Positions 12,841 through 26,964 are shown, counted from the whole stretch's first letter. The stretch is 58,482 nucleotides of DNA, filler included, from Pirum gemmata (GCA_002812295.1; 8 parts of 8 records of this genome joined end to end with filler, not necessarily neighbours in it); one strand, 5' to 3'. Numbers and translations: made by a program. The notes: generated from the sequence alone by a model not told the origin.

Positions 12841-13714
12841 ATATATATTATGAATTTATGATATCTGTTTGCATTGTTTGAACACAGTTTGAACACGTTC
12901 CTAGGAACACGCTCCACCAGCAGTGATCAGAAGTTTCATTCAGAACTACTTCAGAAATACAGAAATATCAGAAATAGAAAAAAAAAAAAAAATGAAAAAA
13001 CGAAAAAATGCTATGATAGTGAAAAAAATGCAAGCGTCCATGCTGAGATATAATTTTTTTGCATGTGTCCAATTGAGTGCTGATTGAGTTTCCTTTTCTA
13101 CTATATTAAGTAACTGCCTATTGCCACTCTATTGCCAATTGTTACTCAATTGTTGCAGTATTGTTGCCTAGATTTCAAGGTGTCAACTATGTCAACTATG
13201 TGTCATATGTCGCAACGAATCACAGTTTACTTTTTTTTTTTTTTGTTTTTTTTAACTACCAACCTATTACCAAGCCGGATAAAAATGGCAACATCTGCTA
13301 TATGAACTCAAATTTCAAAACTCCAAAATATCTCAAAAAAGTCCAATTTTAATGTAAGTTCTTGTTATTAAAGTTTGAGAAAACTTATATTATGGTTAGT
13401 TTTTTAAAAATAATTTGGATAGTTATTAGGAAGGTTTTTANAAAAAAAAAAAATCAAGTAGACTATATAAAAATAAAAAAAGAACACCTCTTGCGGCCTT
13501 GACTTTTAATTTTTTTTTAAAAAAACTATGATACCAAGTCGGACATCCGCTCAAAAATCAAAAAATCTTAAAATGATCCTATTTTTTTAAAAGTGCTACC
13601 AAAATGTTGACAAATCGTTTAACTAATAAAACTCTACTATGAACCAATAGCTAGTTTTTAAAAATAATTTGGCTAGTTAGAATTAAAGGTTTTTAGAAAA
13701 AAAAAAAAAATCTA

Positions 13715-13814
13715 NNNNNNNNNNNNNNNNNNNNNNNNNNNNNNNNNNNNNNNNNNNNTTAATTAATTAANNNNNNNNNNNNNNNNNNNNNNNNNNNNNN
13801 NNNNNNNNNNNNNN
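13715..13814. other. Artificial contig linker
   Basis: N44-TTAATTAATTAA-N44. Confidence 0.97.
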
Positions 13815-13996
13815 ATAAATAAATAAATAAATAATTAAATAAATAAATAAATAAATAAAACAGAAAAAACCAACCAACCAACAACCAACCAACCAACCAA
13901 CCAACCAACCAACCAACCAACCAACCAACTACAAATTTCAAACTACAACAAACTACAAACTAGAACCAAAAAACAGCAACCAACAACAAAAAATAC

Positions 13997-15509
13997 CCTT
14001 CGCCAGGCAACAGAATTCCAGGAGAAATCAAAACATTCAAAACCTGTTCCATTGGGGTTTCCAAACACAATAGTAATAACGTATTTTCGTTGTTATTATT
14101 CTTGTTTGTTTTCTTATTAGATGTATCTTCGTTACTTCCTTCTTCTTTTAGTAGTTTTAAACGAGTTTTAACGAACAAATCATATAAAGAATGACCATTA
14201 TTATAATGTAATTGAAGTCTTCTTGTCCAATAGCAATCACGAAGCCAGTCCATTGCCTGGTCAAAAGATAAGAATCAAGCAATTAGATTGAAGGAATAAA
14301 TAATGTTTGTTATATCGTTTTATGTATTGTTATATTGTTGTATTGTATTGGTAGATTGTTGGATTGTTATATTGTTGTAAAAGTTGTATTATTGTTTTGT
14401 TACATCATATCATATTATATTGTATTGCTGTATTGTTATATGGCTATAATTTTGTATTGTTGTATTGTTGTATTGTTGTATTGTTATATTGTTGTATTGT
14501 TGTATTGTTGTATTGTTGTATTGTTGTATTGTTGTATTGTTGTATTGTTGTATTGTTGTTGTTGTTGTTATAATGGCATATTGTTATATTAGCAATGTTG
14601 TATTGCATTGCTCTTATTGTATTATTCATTTATTATTACATTGTTACATTGTTAATCGTTATATTGTTAATTGTCATATTATTATATTGTTAAATTATTA
14701 AAAAGGTATATTGTATAGTAATATAGTATTGTTGTATTGTTGTATTGTGATATTGTGATATTGTGTTATATCGTTATTTATCTAGTTATATAATTATACT
14801 ATTGTATAGTTATAATTGTTGTATTGTTGCAATGTTGCATTGTTGTATTGTTATATTGTTATGTTGTTATATTATTATGTTGTTCCATTGTTATATTGTT
14901 ATAATGTTATAATGGTATATTGTTGTATTATTGTATTATTGTATTATTGTATTATTGTATTATTGTATTATTGTATTATTGTATTATTGTATTATTGTAT
15001 TATTGTATTATTGTATTATTGTATTATTNNNNNNNNNNNNNNNNNNNNNNNNNNNNNNNNNNNNNNNNNNNNNNNNNNNNNNNNNNNNNNNNNNNNNNNN
15101 NNNNNNNNNNNNNNNNNNNNNNNNNNNNNNNNNNNNNNNNNNNNNNNNNNNNNNNNNNNNNNNNNNNNNNNNNNNNNNNNNNNNNNNNNNNNNNNNNNNN
15201 NNNNNNNNNNNNNNNNNNNNNNNNNNNNNNNNNNNTTGTTGTATTGTTGTATTGTTGTATTGTTGTATTGTTGTATTGTTGTATTGTTGTATTGTTGTAT
15301 TGCTGTATTGTTGTATTGTTGTATTGTTATATTAAGGTTGTGGTACCAAAGTAGAAGCCAATCTAAGAAGAGGAAGAGAGGGTAAAACATTATGGGTTGC
15401 TTCATGTCTAATGTCTACACACACTGGTGGGATGTTGAGCCCCGCAGCAATCGATGCAACCGAAGAAGCTACATTACCTTGTCGAGCATCAACGAAAGTA
15501 TTGACAAAT
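13997..15509 (-). CDS. LAS1: Las1-like HEPN endoribonuclease, partial (exons 15509-15347 and 14256-13997)
   Basis: Spliced translation RFVNTFVDARQGNVASSVASIAAGLNIPPVCVDIRHEATHNVLPSLPLLRLASTL|AMDWLRDCYW matches the Las1 signature RFVN...LP..VDlRHEATH..LPSL..LR...A..WL...YW. GT-AG phase-0 junction. Confidence 0.88.
14330..15330 (+). repeat. Octamer satellite (GTATTGTT/GTATTATT)n in the Las1 intron, containing a gap
   Basis: Directly visible; same unit at about 8200-8295, 16710-16870 and 20706-21060. Confidence 0.9.
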
Positions 15510-15510
15510 C

Positions 15511-15550
<40 letters not shown>

Positions 15551-15579
15551 GGTAGAAAATGGCAATATAGGGAAATAAC

Positions 15580-18500
15580 CTTTTTAGAATTGGATATTGA
15601 AGTTGAGATATTAGATTTTTTTTCTTCCGACGTACTCTTACTATCAGTAGCGCTAGTTATAGCTGATGAATCTTTTTGCTTGACAGAACTACTTGGATTA
15701 TTTTCTTGGCTACTTTGTATAGGAATGTAAGTGCTTTCAGTTGCGTCATAGTATAAATAAACTTGGGTCTGGGAATCGAAAAAGTACCGAGATTCGGTGT
15801 CATAAAAGTAGCCTGGATAAAAAAAAAAGAAATAAACCACAATGTAAGCAAGTACAATGTAAGTAAGTACAATTGTAAACATTGACCAGAAGTTCAAAGA
15901 GAGAAATAATGGAAAAATAGGTCGAATATACTAACAGCAAAAATCTAAAAAATAGGAGGCAAATAAAGACGAGCAAAAGGATGACCGAAAGTGTAGGTAG
16001 GTGTAAAGCAAAAAAAAAAAAAAAAAGGATTCCACTCATTGTAGGATAAAAAATGTAATAGTGTTTTAGCTATTGTATTCCGAATTATGAAAGTCTTGTG
16101 TCTTTTGCCACCATAAATATGTATAATTTTAACTCTTAAATAAAGTTTCATTAAGAAAAACAAAACCAAATAAAAAACTTAACACTATTATAATGCTAAA
16201 GGTACCGAACTGATTTAATAATATGAAATGAAAAATTATAACAAAAGAGATTATGTAGGACCTGTTCTCGTTTCATAAGAATAGCCACTTTCTGGGTGAA
16301 CTTGAATATCAGGAGCTAAACGGAAGAAAATAAAATACAGTTAATAACCCTTTCTTTAGGTGTATACATAAGGCAATATATAACATGTCAACATAAGCGC
16401 ACTTACCTGGAAATTTTGCTGCCATTACCCCTTGGTAAAGTTTCGTACTTTGGATTTGCCGTTCGTGTAGTATCAAGGCCATGGAATCTGTTATTATAAT
16501 ATTTAATATATTAATTACTTCATTAACATTCATTTTGTCACTTGCAATCGTGGACAGAAGTTCCCAAAACTTATGTAAATTGCTATCCTGATACTGTTTT
16601 ATTGGTTTTTTACTTTGCTATCTTTTTGTTCCGTTTCGTGATTGTATGATTGCTTCGCTATATTGTTATATAGTTGCCTTGTTTGTGTTTTGGTATAGGG
16701 TTGTGTACATAGTTGTATTGTTGTATTGTTGTATTGTTGTATTGTTGTATTGTTGTATTGTTGTATTGTTGTATTATTGTATTATTGTAATATTGTATTA
16801 TTATATTATTGTATTATTGTATTATTGTATTATTGTATTGTTGTATTATTGTATAGTTATTGTTGTATAATTCATTACATTGCGTTTTAGTAATTTACTG
16901 TGACATTTTGGTACGCATTGTTCCATAATTGTATTATAGCATTACAGTAATATAGCATAATTATTTAATTGCATTATCGTATTATTAAACTAGGTATTAT
17001 GATATTATAAACAGTATTAGAGTATTGGGACGTTAAGGTACTGGGGTTTAGAGAAATAGAAAAATAGGGGAATAGGGGAATAGGAGAATAGGGGAATAGG
17101 GAATAGGGGGAATAGGGGAATAGGGGAATAGAGTATTAAGGTATTAAGGAATTAGGGTAATACATATTAGGGTATTAGAGTATTAGAGTATTAGGATATT
17201 AGGGTATTTGGGTATAGTATTAGGGTATTGGGGTATTAGGGTATTGGGGTATTAAGAGATTGGGGGGTTAGGGGATTGGGGGTTAGGGGATTAGAGTATT
17301 AAGGTATTAGCGGGTCAGGGTATTAGCGTATTAGCGTATTAGCGTATTAGCGTATTAGGTAATAGAGTAATAGGGTATTAGGGTATTAGGGTATTAGGGT
17401 ATTAAGATCTTAAGGAATTACGGTATTAGGGAATTACGGTATTAGGGAATAACGGTATTAGGGACTTAAGGTATTAAGGTATTAAGGTATTAGGGTATTA
17501 GGGAATTAAGGTATTGGGTATCAGGGCAATAAGGTAATAGGGTATTAAGGTACTAGGCACTAGGGTAATAATGTATTCGAGTATTAGGTCATTGTATTAG
17601 GGTATTAACATGAAGGTATAAGTGTACTAGGGCACTATAGGATTAGGGTATAATACTCCGTATTAGGAGATTAGGGCGTTAAGGGATTAGGGCATTAAGG
17701 GATTAGGGCATTAGGGCATTAGGGCATTAGGGCATTAGGGCATTAGGGCATTAGGGCATTAGGGCGTTAGGGCATTAGGGCATTAGGGCATTAGGGCATT
17801 AGGGCATTAGGGCATTAGGGCATTAGGGCATAGAGCATTAGGGAATTAGGGAATAGGGCATTAGGGCATTAGGGCATTAGGACATTAGGGCATTAGGGCA
17901 TGAGGACATTAGGCATTAGGGAATTAGGGTATTGGTATTAGAGCATTAAAGTATTAAGGTATTAGGTCATTAAGGTATTAGGTCATCAAGATATTAGGCC
18001 AGTAAGTTATTAGGTCAGTAAGGTATTAGGTCAGTAAGGTATTAGGTCAGTAAGGTATTAGGTCAGTAAGGTGTTAGATCATTAAGGCGTTAAGTCATTA
18101 GGTCATTGAGTCATTAAGGCATTAGGTCATTAAGGTATTAGGTCATTGAGGTATTAGGTCATTAAGGTATTAGGTCATTAAGGTATTAGGTCATTAAGTC
18201 ATTACGGTATTAGGGCGTTAAGACATTAAGGCATTAAGGTTTATGGCAATAAGGAAATACCATATTATGGTAATATGAAATTATTTTTAATGTATGATTG
18301 CAAGACGGTGGTTTAATTGTATGTTTTGTACCAGCAAATAGCTTTTCGTCACGATATTGGGGTCCTTGACTTAAAGTTGATTGAGTTTGGAGAATGGCAC
18401 AAGCGGCAGCAGCAGCACTAAAAACCAAAAAATTAAAGTTTAATATAAAACCCAATAATCAAAGAATAATCCCAAGAGTAATATAGCCCGTTTGAGTGGT

Positions 18501-20248
18501 GGAAAGGTGGTGGGATTGCGATAAGAGAACAGTCACAATAACAAACACACAAGTATCAGGTTTCGAGCTTATGAAAAAAGTCTTTTGACCCATAATTGTG
18601 GTACAAGCAGAGTAACAAATCAGCTATAGATTTAAGGAAAGTTCTTGATTATCAACGTGTAGAAAGGTCAAATGTCATAGCAAGGGAAAGATACATGGGT
18701 GCTATCGTTCATTGTTTGTAATAACATAATATAGCTATATATAAATGGTATTATCAATAATAAAGAGACACAAAACTAGAAGGGCAAAAGAAAAGAAAAA
18801 AGAAAAGAAAATTAATTAACCTGTGAAGATGAGAGCCAAATGAACTTTTCGAAGCAAAAGAAATTGTGCACGTTTGACCATCAAGAGATAATTTGCCAAC
18901 TGTTTTTAACAAAAAAGATCTAGCAAGCTGGTGAAATGGAAACAAAATATTAAAGAAATAAGAAGTCAAGAGCAAAGAAGTAGAAATTTGATCCAAACTA
19001 ACCAAAAAATCGAATCGAATATATATTATCATTCATAGGAGAAAAGTATATATATATATATATATATATACATCGTTTGAGTCAAAGCAAATAAAGGCAA
19101 ATCCGCAGCTGATTTGTGGGTCTTTTTTTTCTTTAACTAGGCGAATATCTTTTATGTAAACACCATATCGTAATGCTATTATACTTAACTAAGAACAAAA
19201 AAGGAGAAAGAAAATATTAATAGCAATATAATAATTGTAAAATGGCACAATCAAGCAACACTAGTACACGTGGTATTAACAAGAAATGTTATCGAGGAGT
19301 AATTGTTAAAACAATAATAAGTGATGGACGAACGAGGGAGTAAGAAAAGATAGATCATAGCAAGGGGAAACATTCACTTACATTTTCAGCAGAAGTTTCA
19401 GGTTTTAGTCCTCTGATAATTAGTATGTTATTTTCTTCTATCCCAACATCATCTTCGCCGGTGTTTAATTTTGTTGATTCTGCACTTGCTAATTACACAT
19501 TAAAGAAGAAGAGAAATATCACTAAATCAACAAACAAATCAAAAATAACAGCTGGATTTTTGTTTAAAAGCCTAGAAGCTAGAACTTATATAAGTAAACA
19601 CAAACAAACCTCCTTTTCCAGATTGACAACTAAAGCAAAACTTTCGGTGCCTGAAATTCAATGTCTTGCACTACAGGACATAGCGGGTAAACAGAGAACC
19701 AAACGCATGTCATAATTGAAGATAATATTAATGGGTGTAATATATATATAATATATATGCATGAAAGACTAGAAAACAGTACAAGAAAATACAACACGTT
19801 ATCGACCATTAAAAGATTAACATGAAATAAAAGGAACTGGGAACCAAATCTACAATATAGTATACAATACTAAATAGAAAAACAAACAATTTACTAATAT
19901 AAAATATTAATATGAATATTAAAAATCCAAAACTGAAAAAATGGGGCAACTGACCAGATTACAAGTCCAATCTTCATCACGTTTGTCGGCCACAGTTCTA
20001 CTGAATTCTATTGTACATTTTCGACCATCAATAAGTACAAATCCTAAATTAAACAGCAGTTAATGCCCACCCCACAAAAATTGGTAAATAAAACAAAAAA
20101 TTCAAAAACCCAAATGAAGTGAATGGAACCCCACCCACCCACAGAAACCAATCCAACAAACGAACCCCCTTCATACCATGATTTAAGTTTATGCAAGCGG
20201 TAGCATCTTCGACATTTGCAAAATCAACAAAAGCAAAACGAGATAGTC
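15580..20248 (-). CDS. RBM5/RBM10-like splicing regulator, partial; exons 20248-20177, 20043-19955, 19670-19610, 19488-19382, 19188-19072, 18927-18821, 18417-18332, 16487-16407, 16315-16262, 15812-15580
   Basis: All ten GT-AG exons join in frame. Domain order is RRM1 (RFAFVDF), RanBP2 zinc finger (WTCNLCKTLNFRHRKFCFSC), RRM2 (NILIIRGL; IRLVKEKKDPQISCGFAFICF), OCRE (GYSYETRTGYFYDTESRYFFDSQTQVYLYYD), which is the RBM5/6/10 architecture. Confidence 0.9.
16990..18240 (+). repeat. Compound G-rich octamer satellite with telomere-like cores (GGGGAATA, TTAGGGTA, TTAGCGTA, TTAGGGCA, TTAGGTCA/TTAAGGTA) in an RBM5/10 intron
   Basis: Directly visible blocks of successive unit variants. Confidence 0.9.
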
Positions 20249-20605
20249 CTTTAAAAATACCAAACATTGAGCGTTAATATTACAATTGTTTTAAGTATTC
20301 CTTTATTCTAATTTGACTTTTTTTATTTGCTATTTATCATTAATGAATTTGCATTTATCTTATTTTTAGGCTTTTTTACTAATAGTTTATTATTCATCGT
20401 TCACCAATCATCATATACCATTAACAAAAATCAAATAATCCAATTATCATTTCTTATTTTATATAATTTATAATTTATCAATTAACCCTTAACCCTTAAC
20501 CCTAACCCTTAACCCTTATCGGTGACTAGTAATGATTCATCATCACTGCACATTTATCATTTATGATTCATTTAAAACGAAGACACATATCATATAAATA
20601 AAGAT

Positions 20606-20705
20606 NNNNNNNNNNNNNNNNNNNNNNNNNNNNNNNNNNNNNNNNNNNNTTAATTAATTAANNNNNNNNNNNNNNNNNNNNNNNNNNNNNNNNNNNNNNN
20701 NNNNN
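20606..20705. other. Artificial contig linker
   Basis: N44-TTAATTAATTAA-N44. Confidence 0.97.
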
Positions 20706-21117
20706 TGTTGTATTGTTGTATTGTTGTATTGTTGTATTGTTGTACTGTTGTACTGTTGTATTGTTACATTGTTGTATTGTTGTATTGTTGTATTGGTATA
20801 TTGTTTTACTGTTGTATTGTTACATTGTTGTATTGTTGTATTGTTGTATTGGTATATTGTTATAGTTTTGCATTATTATATTGTAGTACCGTTGTATTGG
20901 TATATTGTTGTAGTGTTGTCTTGGTGTATTGTTGCATTGGTGCATTATTGTATTGTTGTATTTTTGTATTTTTGCATTGTTGCATGATTGTATTGTTGTA
21001 TTGTTGTATTGTTGTATTGTTGTATTGTTGCATTGTTGCATTGTTGCATTGTTGTATTGTTATATTACTTTCATGTATTACTGTAGTACGACCCTTATTT
21101 ATTATAATTACACCTAG

Positions 21118-22714
21118 AAATTTAACCGATTAAAGGTAGAAGTGGCCGAGCTGCAAAAAGAAATTTCACAAACAGGAAACAATAATTTCTCTGGTGAGAA
21201 CCCCGATATTGTTAATAATAGTGCACTTTTACAACAAGTAAATATTATTATTTTTTGTTTTGTTTGGTTACATTTTAATTTATTTTAACTAAATTTTATT
21301 TATAGCAGTGAATGCAGTTTAAGAGCAAAGTAAATAACTTATTTTATGTCTGTATAGTTTGGTTACATTTTATTGTATCTAAACTGATATTTTAGTATAT
21401 TTTGTTAACAACAGACAAGTAAACAAACTTATTTTTAGGGTTATTTTTAGGGTTAGGGTTAGGGTTAGGGTTAGGTTTTTTCTATTTATAGTTAATTAGT
21501 TACGCCTGTTTAGTTTGGTTACATTTTATTGTATTTGAACTGATATTAGTATATTTTGTTAGGGTTAGGTTTTATCTGTTTAGTTAATTAATGTGAACTA
21601 ATTTTAATATGTTTTGTTAACAATCAGTTTTACACCAAAATCCTAAATAAATAACTTATTTGCTTTGTGATTGTTTTAGTTACATTTTATTTTTTTTAAC
21701 TAACGTTAATATATATTGTTTACAATACTGCATGTTTACAAGTCAATTACTTATTTTATTTCGGTTTTGTCTGTTTACATTTTAATTAATCTGGATATAT
21801 ATCTATATCTATATATATATATATATATATATATAAGGTTTTGTCTATGCAAAAAGAACTCAGTGTAATGCAAGTGTCTAACCTTGATGGGACTTCCGAT
21901 CCATTATCTATAGTTAGTATTATTATTATTATTGTAACATTATTGGTTGTTCAGATTTTTGTTATCATTAATATAAAGAAATGGCAAATATGATTGAACC
22001 AGTAAAAATAAAAACAAAGTCATTACCGATCCCATTATGTGCTGATTTCTTTTATGTTACATATTGGGACCAGATGTGGGCTTTTCGTCATATATATTAA
22101 TTATGTGAAAGAGAGTTAAGGTTAAGGTTATTTGTTTTTATTATTAATCAATTTTATCATCATACCATCTTAGTTACAATTGCTTTAATATATATGTCTA
22201 ATTATAAAAGTTATTTTTTTTGTTATTTTCCTTTATTTAGTCCTCACAAGCATTGATAGAAAATATAGAAAAATTCAAAACTTACGCTGTTAGTGCCAAT
22301 ACAGACAATGTAACTACAGCCTCAAAAACGCAAGGTGGGAATGATCAAATAACTTACGAGTTATTCTATAAACCAGAGATAGCCAAACTTGCCCAAGTAT
22401 CGCAGGTTACCAATCTCTTTGTATGTAGAATAATTCTTTAACATTATACAGTGGTATAGGAGTCAGTTGCGCATCATCATCAGTATCGTCATCTTCATCT
22501 GCTATTCTTATTTTTGCCATTAGTATCAACATTACATCTATAATTACCAATTGTCTTGAAAATTTATTATTTGTAGCTATTATTTTATTTTCGTTTAATA
22601 TTAACTATATTGATCACTTATCATTTACCTTCATCTTTAACCCAGTTGTTTGTTTTAGAGGAGAGAATAGCTAAAATAGAAAATGTACTCGGTGCTGATA
22701 TTGGACTGACTGTG
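21118..22714 (+). CDS. DCTN2: Dynamitin (dynactin p50), partial; exons 21118-21237, 21838-21912, 22241-22405, 22646-22714
   Basis: Four phase-0 GT-AG exons: KFNRLKVEVAELQKEI...LLQQ|VLSMQKEL...|SSQALIENIEKFK...ITYELFYKPEIAKLAQVSQ|LFVLEERIAKIENVLG. This matches the dynamitin pattern (KyqRL..EV.EL; vTYEL...PE..K......LE.Rl..lE..lG). Confidence 0.82.
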
Positions 22715-22926
22715 GTAATTTATTATTATTATTATTATTATTATTAATATTATTATTATTATTATTATTATTATATTAATATTAATAATTAATAATAATA
22801 ATATCATAAATATAATAATAATAATAGTAATAGAAATAGAAATAGTAATAATAAAAGTGTAGCAATAGTAATAATAATAGTAATAATAATGAATATAATA
22901 AATAATAGTAGTAATAATGGGTAAAT

Positions 22927-22965
<39 letters not shown>

Positions 22966-22999
22966 TAATAATAATAATAATAATAAATAATAAAATTTA

Positions 23000-23039
<40 letters not shown>

Positions 23040-24481
23040 GTGGTGATACAGTGTAGTTGTATTCAACTTAACGTGAATCACTCATAATAACAATAATGTT
23101 GACAACAAAATATTGTGTCGATAACTATAACAGTTTAGACGACAATATAGTATTAATACATAAAGGTCAACAGTAATAATAGTAACTGTAAGGTGATGTT
23201 ATTAACAAAACAATGAAAAATTATAATTTTGTTGTTTATATAATATTAGGATTATAATATGATAATCATCATGAACCTTATCATAGGGCTCATATCATAG
23301 TACTGTAACTGACTGTAATATTATTTTATGGTACTGGTTGTGATTGTTTTATATAACTATGTATGATTACCCCCAGGTCGTATAGACCTCGTGGCAGAAG
23401 GCCTACCGGCATTATTTGCTATTTACTATGATATGATAGATATGATATCAGATTATGATACAGCTAGCTAGAGCTTCACGGTCCCTACCTAATCTTAGGC
23501 GTAACCTCACCGTGGCCGTTCGTTTACATACCAAAAACCAAGCCCGCAACAGGTTCCAATTTCAGGCCATTTCGAACTATGATAATGATATTATGAATTT
23601 ATGATATTATGATATCGATAATATGATTTATATCTATACCGGTATATTTATATAATAAAATCTATAAAGATATAGATAGTAAGTTGTAGAAGTGTTGTAG
23701 ACTACCGGTACTTCATATCAGATAAGCTGTTTCATATTCATATCGTATATCAAAATTATTATTATATAAATATCATATTATAATAAAATCGGGATAAATA
23801 ACTCGACTCTGGTCCTTGCTCTCATCAAAATTTCGACTTTCAAATGCAAATTACGATTGGTTCGTTAGACTACAAGTGAGGAGACTCAGGAGTCAGGACT
23901 CAAAACTTTCCCCTATCGATACTACCTAGTAGAGCTAGCTAGCTAGAGTAGTAGCTGAGCTAGCTAGTCTATCATAATTATAATAGTCTCGATAGACCCC
24001 TGGTGTCTAGCTAGCTAGTAGTAGTTGAGTGCTAGTAGCTACTAGCTCTAGTCCTAGCTAGCTAGCTAGCTACTACTAGACTCTAGCTAGATGAGTGCTA
24101 GCTAGCTACTAGCTCTAGTCCTAGCTAGCTAGCTAGCTACTAGACTCCAGCTAGGACTAGCTAGGTATGATATGATGGTAGTAGTAGAAACTCCTAGCTA
24201 GCTAGCTATCATAGTAGTATGCATAGCTAGCTAGCTCTAGCTAGAGTAGACCTCTAGCTATTAGCTAGACTAGCTGTTCAGCAGTTCCAAAAAAATCAAG
24301 GACTTTTTTTTGAAGTCCTTGTTTTTATATATAAAAATTTATGATAATATTATAGCTGATATTAGACTATCAAGAACTTCAAATTTTTGAAATCCTTGAT
24401 ATTATATTATTTTAATTAAAAATATTATATTGATTTTGATGATGGGTAGAGAGAGGTATATTAGGCATTACCGGTACAAGT

Positions 24482-24582
24482 CAGGGATGTCAAATGACTC
24501 AAATCCGGCCCGGTCGGATTTCAAACCCCGAACCCGAGTCAGGCGGGACAAAGGTGTGAACCCGGGTCGGTCGGTCGGTCGG
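24482..24582 (+). mobile_element. Probable hAT-like element end fragment
   Basis: Starts cagggatgtcaaa, related to the family E TIR, followed by GC-rich ccgg/gtcg subterminal motifs; no partner TIR found. Confidence 0.4.
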
Positions 24583-25471
24583 GAAAGTGCTGAAGGGGAT
24601 TATCCCGAGACCGACATTTATTTAGGGTAATAGGGGGTATAGGGGTAAGGTTTGGGTTATGATAGGGACCTTAGGGTTAGGGAGGGCAGTAGACTATCAG
24701 ATATTTTAGGTCAAGCTAAGTCTATCTAGCAGTAGCTATGATAGGTAGAGGTCTCATGGTTTCAGTGGTTTTTCAATAATACCATAGTCTAGCTAGCTAG
24801 TGTTGCCCAGTTTAAAAACTGAAATGTTATTTTGTATTTTATAAAAAATTTCAATTATAGACTACACTACCAAAATTAAAGATTGAGAGGACAGCTGTAA
24901 TGAAATAGACGATATTGATATCATTATGAAAGGCGCATGAAAGGCGGTGCACTGCCCATAGATGTACCCGCACACTTCAGTACTATGAATATAACACCCA
25001 TTTCCAGTCAAATACAGCTTCAAATACTCCTACCTACCTACCCCTCGACATTAATTTCTGGAAAAATACCGCCTACCTACCTACCCCTTGACGTGACGTA
25101 TTATTTGAACGCACCCTATGTACAGAGTGTGTGTACCCTTTTTTCACTCCTTTTTCTTTAGAAAATAAAAAAAAATTATAAACAATAAACGAAATGAAAT
25201 GTCAACAAAACATATGCAAGTCAAAACTTCTCTGAAATTTGTACTACCGGGCATAGTACATGGTACAGTATTCCCTATAGCTCAGCCCGGCTTCTACATA
25301 AAAATAAAATATTTTCAACGTTGGTCATGTTGTTAATGTTGTTGTTGTTGTTGTTGTTAACGTTGGTGTTGTTGTTAATTAATTGACATGGTTGTTGTTG
25401 TTGTTGTTATTGTTGTTGTTGTTGTTGTTGTTAACGTTGGCGTTATTGTTAATTAATTGACATTGTAGTAG

Positions 25472-25527
<56 letters not shown>

Positions 25528-25819
25528 GGAACTCAAGAGCTAGAACTCAAGAGTAACCCCTATTAATTAAGAGACCCAAAGTAAGAGGGTAATGAGTGTG
25601 ACGTCACTATAATAAATATCACTGTTAAAAAATATCTCGATGCCCTTTCGTATCATCTGACAAAAAAAATATTATAATGACGTCATATATATATATGATA
25701 TTAGCCTCTTACTTTAGACCTCTTGATAATAGACTAATTATTTATATTGTAACACAGTTGAAGGTTTCAACTACTAAAATAATTACTTTTGGTTTGGGAT
25801 GGTGAGTATACAAGAGTTA

Positions 25820-26009
25820 TATCGTGTTTTTCAATAGTGTTGTCCAGTTCAAAAACCGAAATAAGCTTACCAAATTATAATTAATTGGTCATGTTTTAAT
25901 TAATTTGATATTTTATATAGTAATTTTATATTTATAAAAAAGTTCAATTATACAATTGAACGGTACCAAATTAAAGATAGAAAGGACAACTGTAATGAAA
26001 TAGACGATA
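25820..26009 (+). mobile_element. MITE family B, full copy (partial copies at about 1280-1320, 1461-1620, 11927-12115, 24765-24913, 40620-40815, 51135-51215)
   Basis: Ends TATCGTGTTTTTCA ... TGAAATAGACGATA form an imperfect TIR related to family A; the interior recurs on several contigs. Confidence 0.75.
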
Positions 26010-26964
26010 TAATAATATATAATAACTCTTGCAGTTAAAAAATAATTATTTTAATTTTTAATAAATGAAAAATATTTCAAATAAAAAAATAGGGATTTCA
26101 GACCCAATGATGTAAACTATATGTTAAAATAAATTTAAACATTGAAACAAAACAAAAGAAATATAATATACCGAAAAGAACAGAACGCATACTTGAAAAG
26201 CATAAAAATAAACATTCCCTCCGTTACCTATTCTGGATGTTTTGTTAAAAAAAAAATCCGTGCCCATGAACACGTAGTAAAACAGCTATTAAAACTCTAG
26301 TAGTATTGATAAAATTCATATAATTATATCGATAGTAACTATAAATAATATAGTAGCACATTATTGCACTGTGACGAATGAATATTTATCGATATGTTTT
26401 TCATTTCATTATTATAATAATAAAGAATTTCTTTTTTTTTCTTACAATTTGCAATTGCAATTGTGTAAACAACAGTATTTTAAAATTGCTTTCTAGTATT
26501 AATAGCTATAGCTAGGACTTGCATAATAATATAGATACAATATATGGCTATCAGATACTATGTCGATATATTGTTTCGTTGTCAATGGATTTAATTCAAA
26601 ATTATAATACTATTGTATTATTTAGAAATTCAAAATTACCTTTCAGCAAAATGCAATTAAGGAAGGCATGAACAACAGTCCCAACTCCAATTCGAACCCA
26701 ATTCTAACTCTAGGTCTAACACTAACTCCTAACCCCAACCACCCTTAGCTACAACTATGACTGTAACCATAACCATAAATAACCGTAACCATAACCGTAA
26801 CCATATAACCGTAACCATAACTATACAAATAGACACGATGCCTTATCTCCATCGTAGGTAATCTTCTAAAAAAATGCAACGCTACGCTCAAAGTGCAAAC
26901 GCTAACCAAAGTACTAATAACCCACTAATAGTAATAACCCATTATTAAATTAAATTAACTATGA

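Noticed and set aside
14335..15405. Several Cys/Tyr/Val-rich ORFs (also 16646, 20708-21133)
   Set aside because: Translations of the GTATTGTT octamer satellite.
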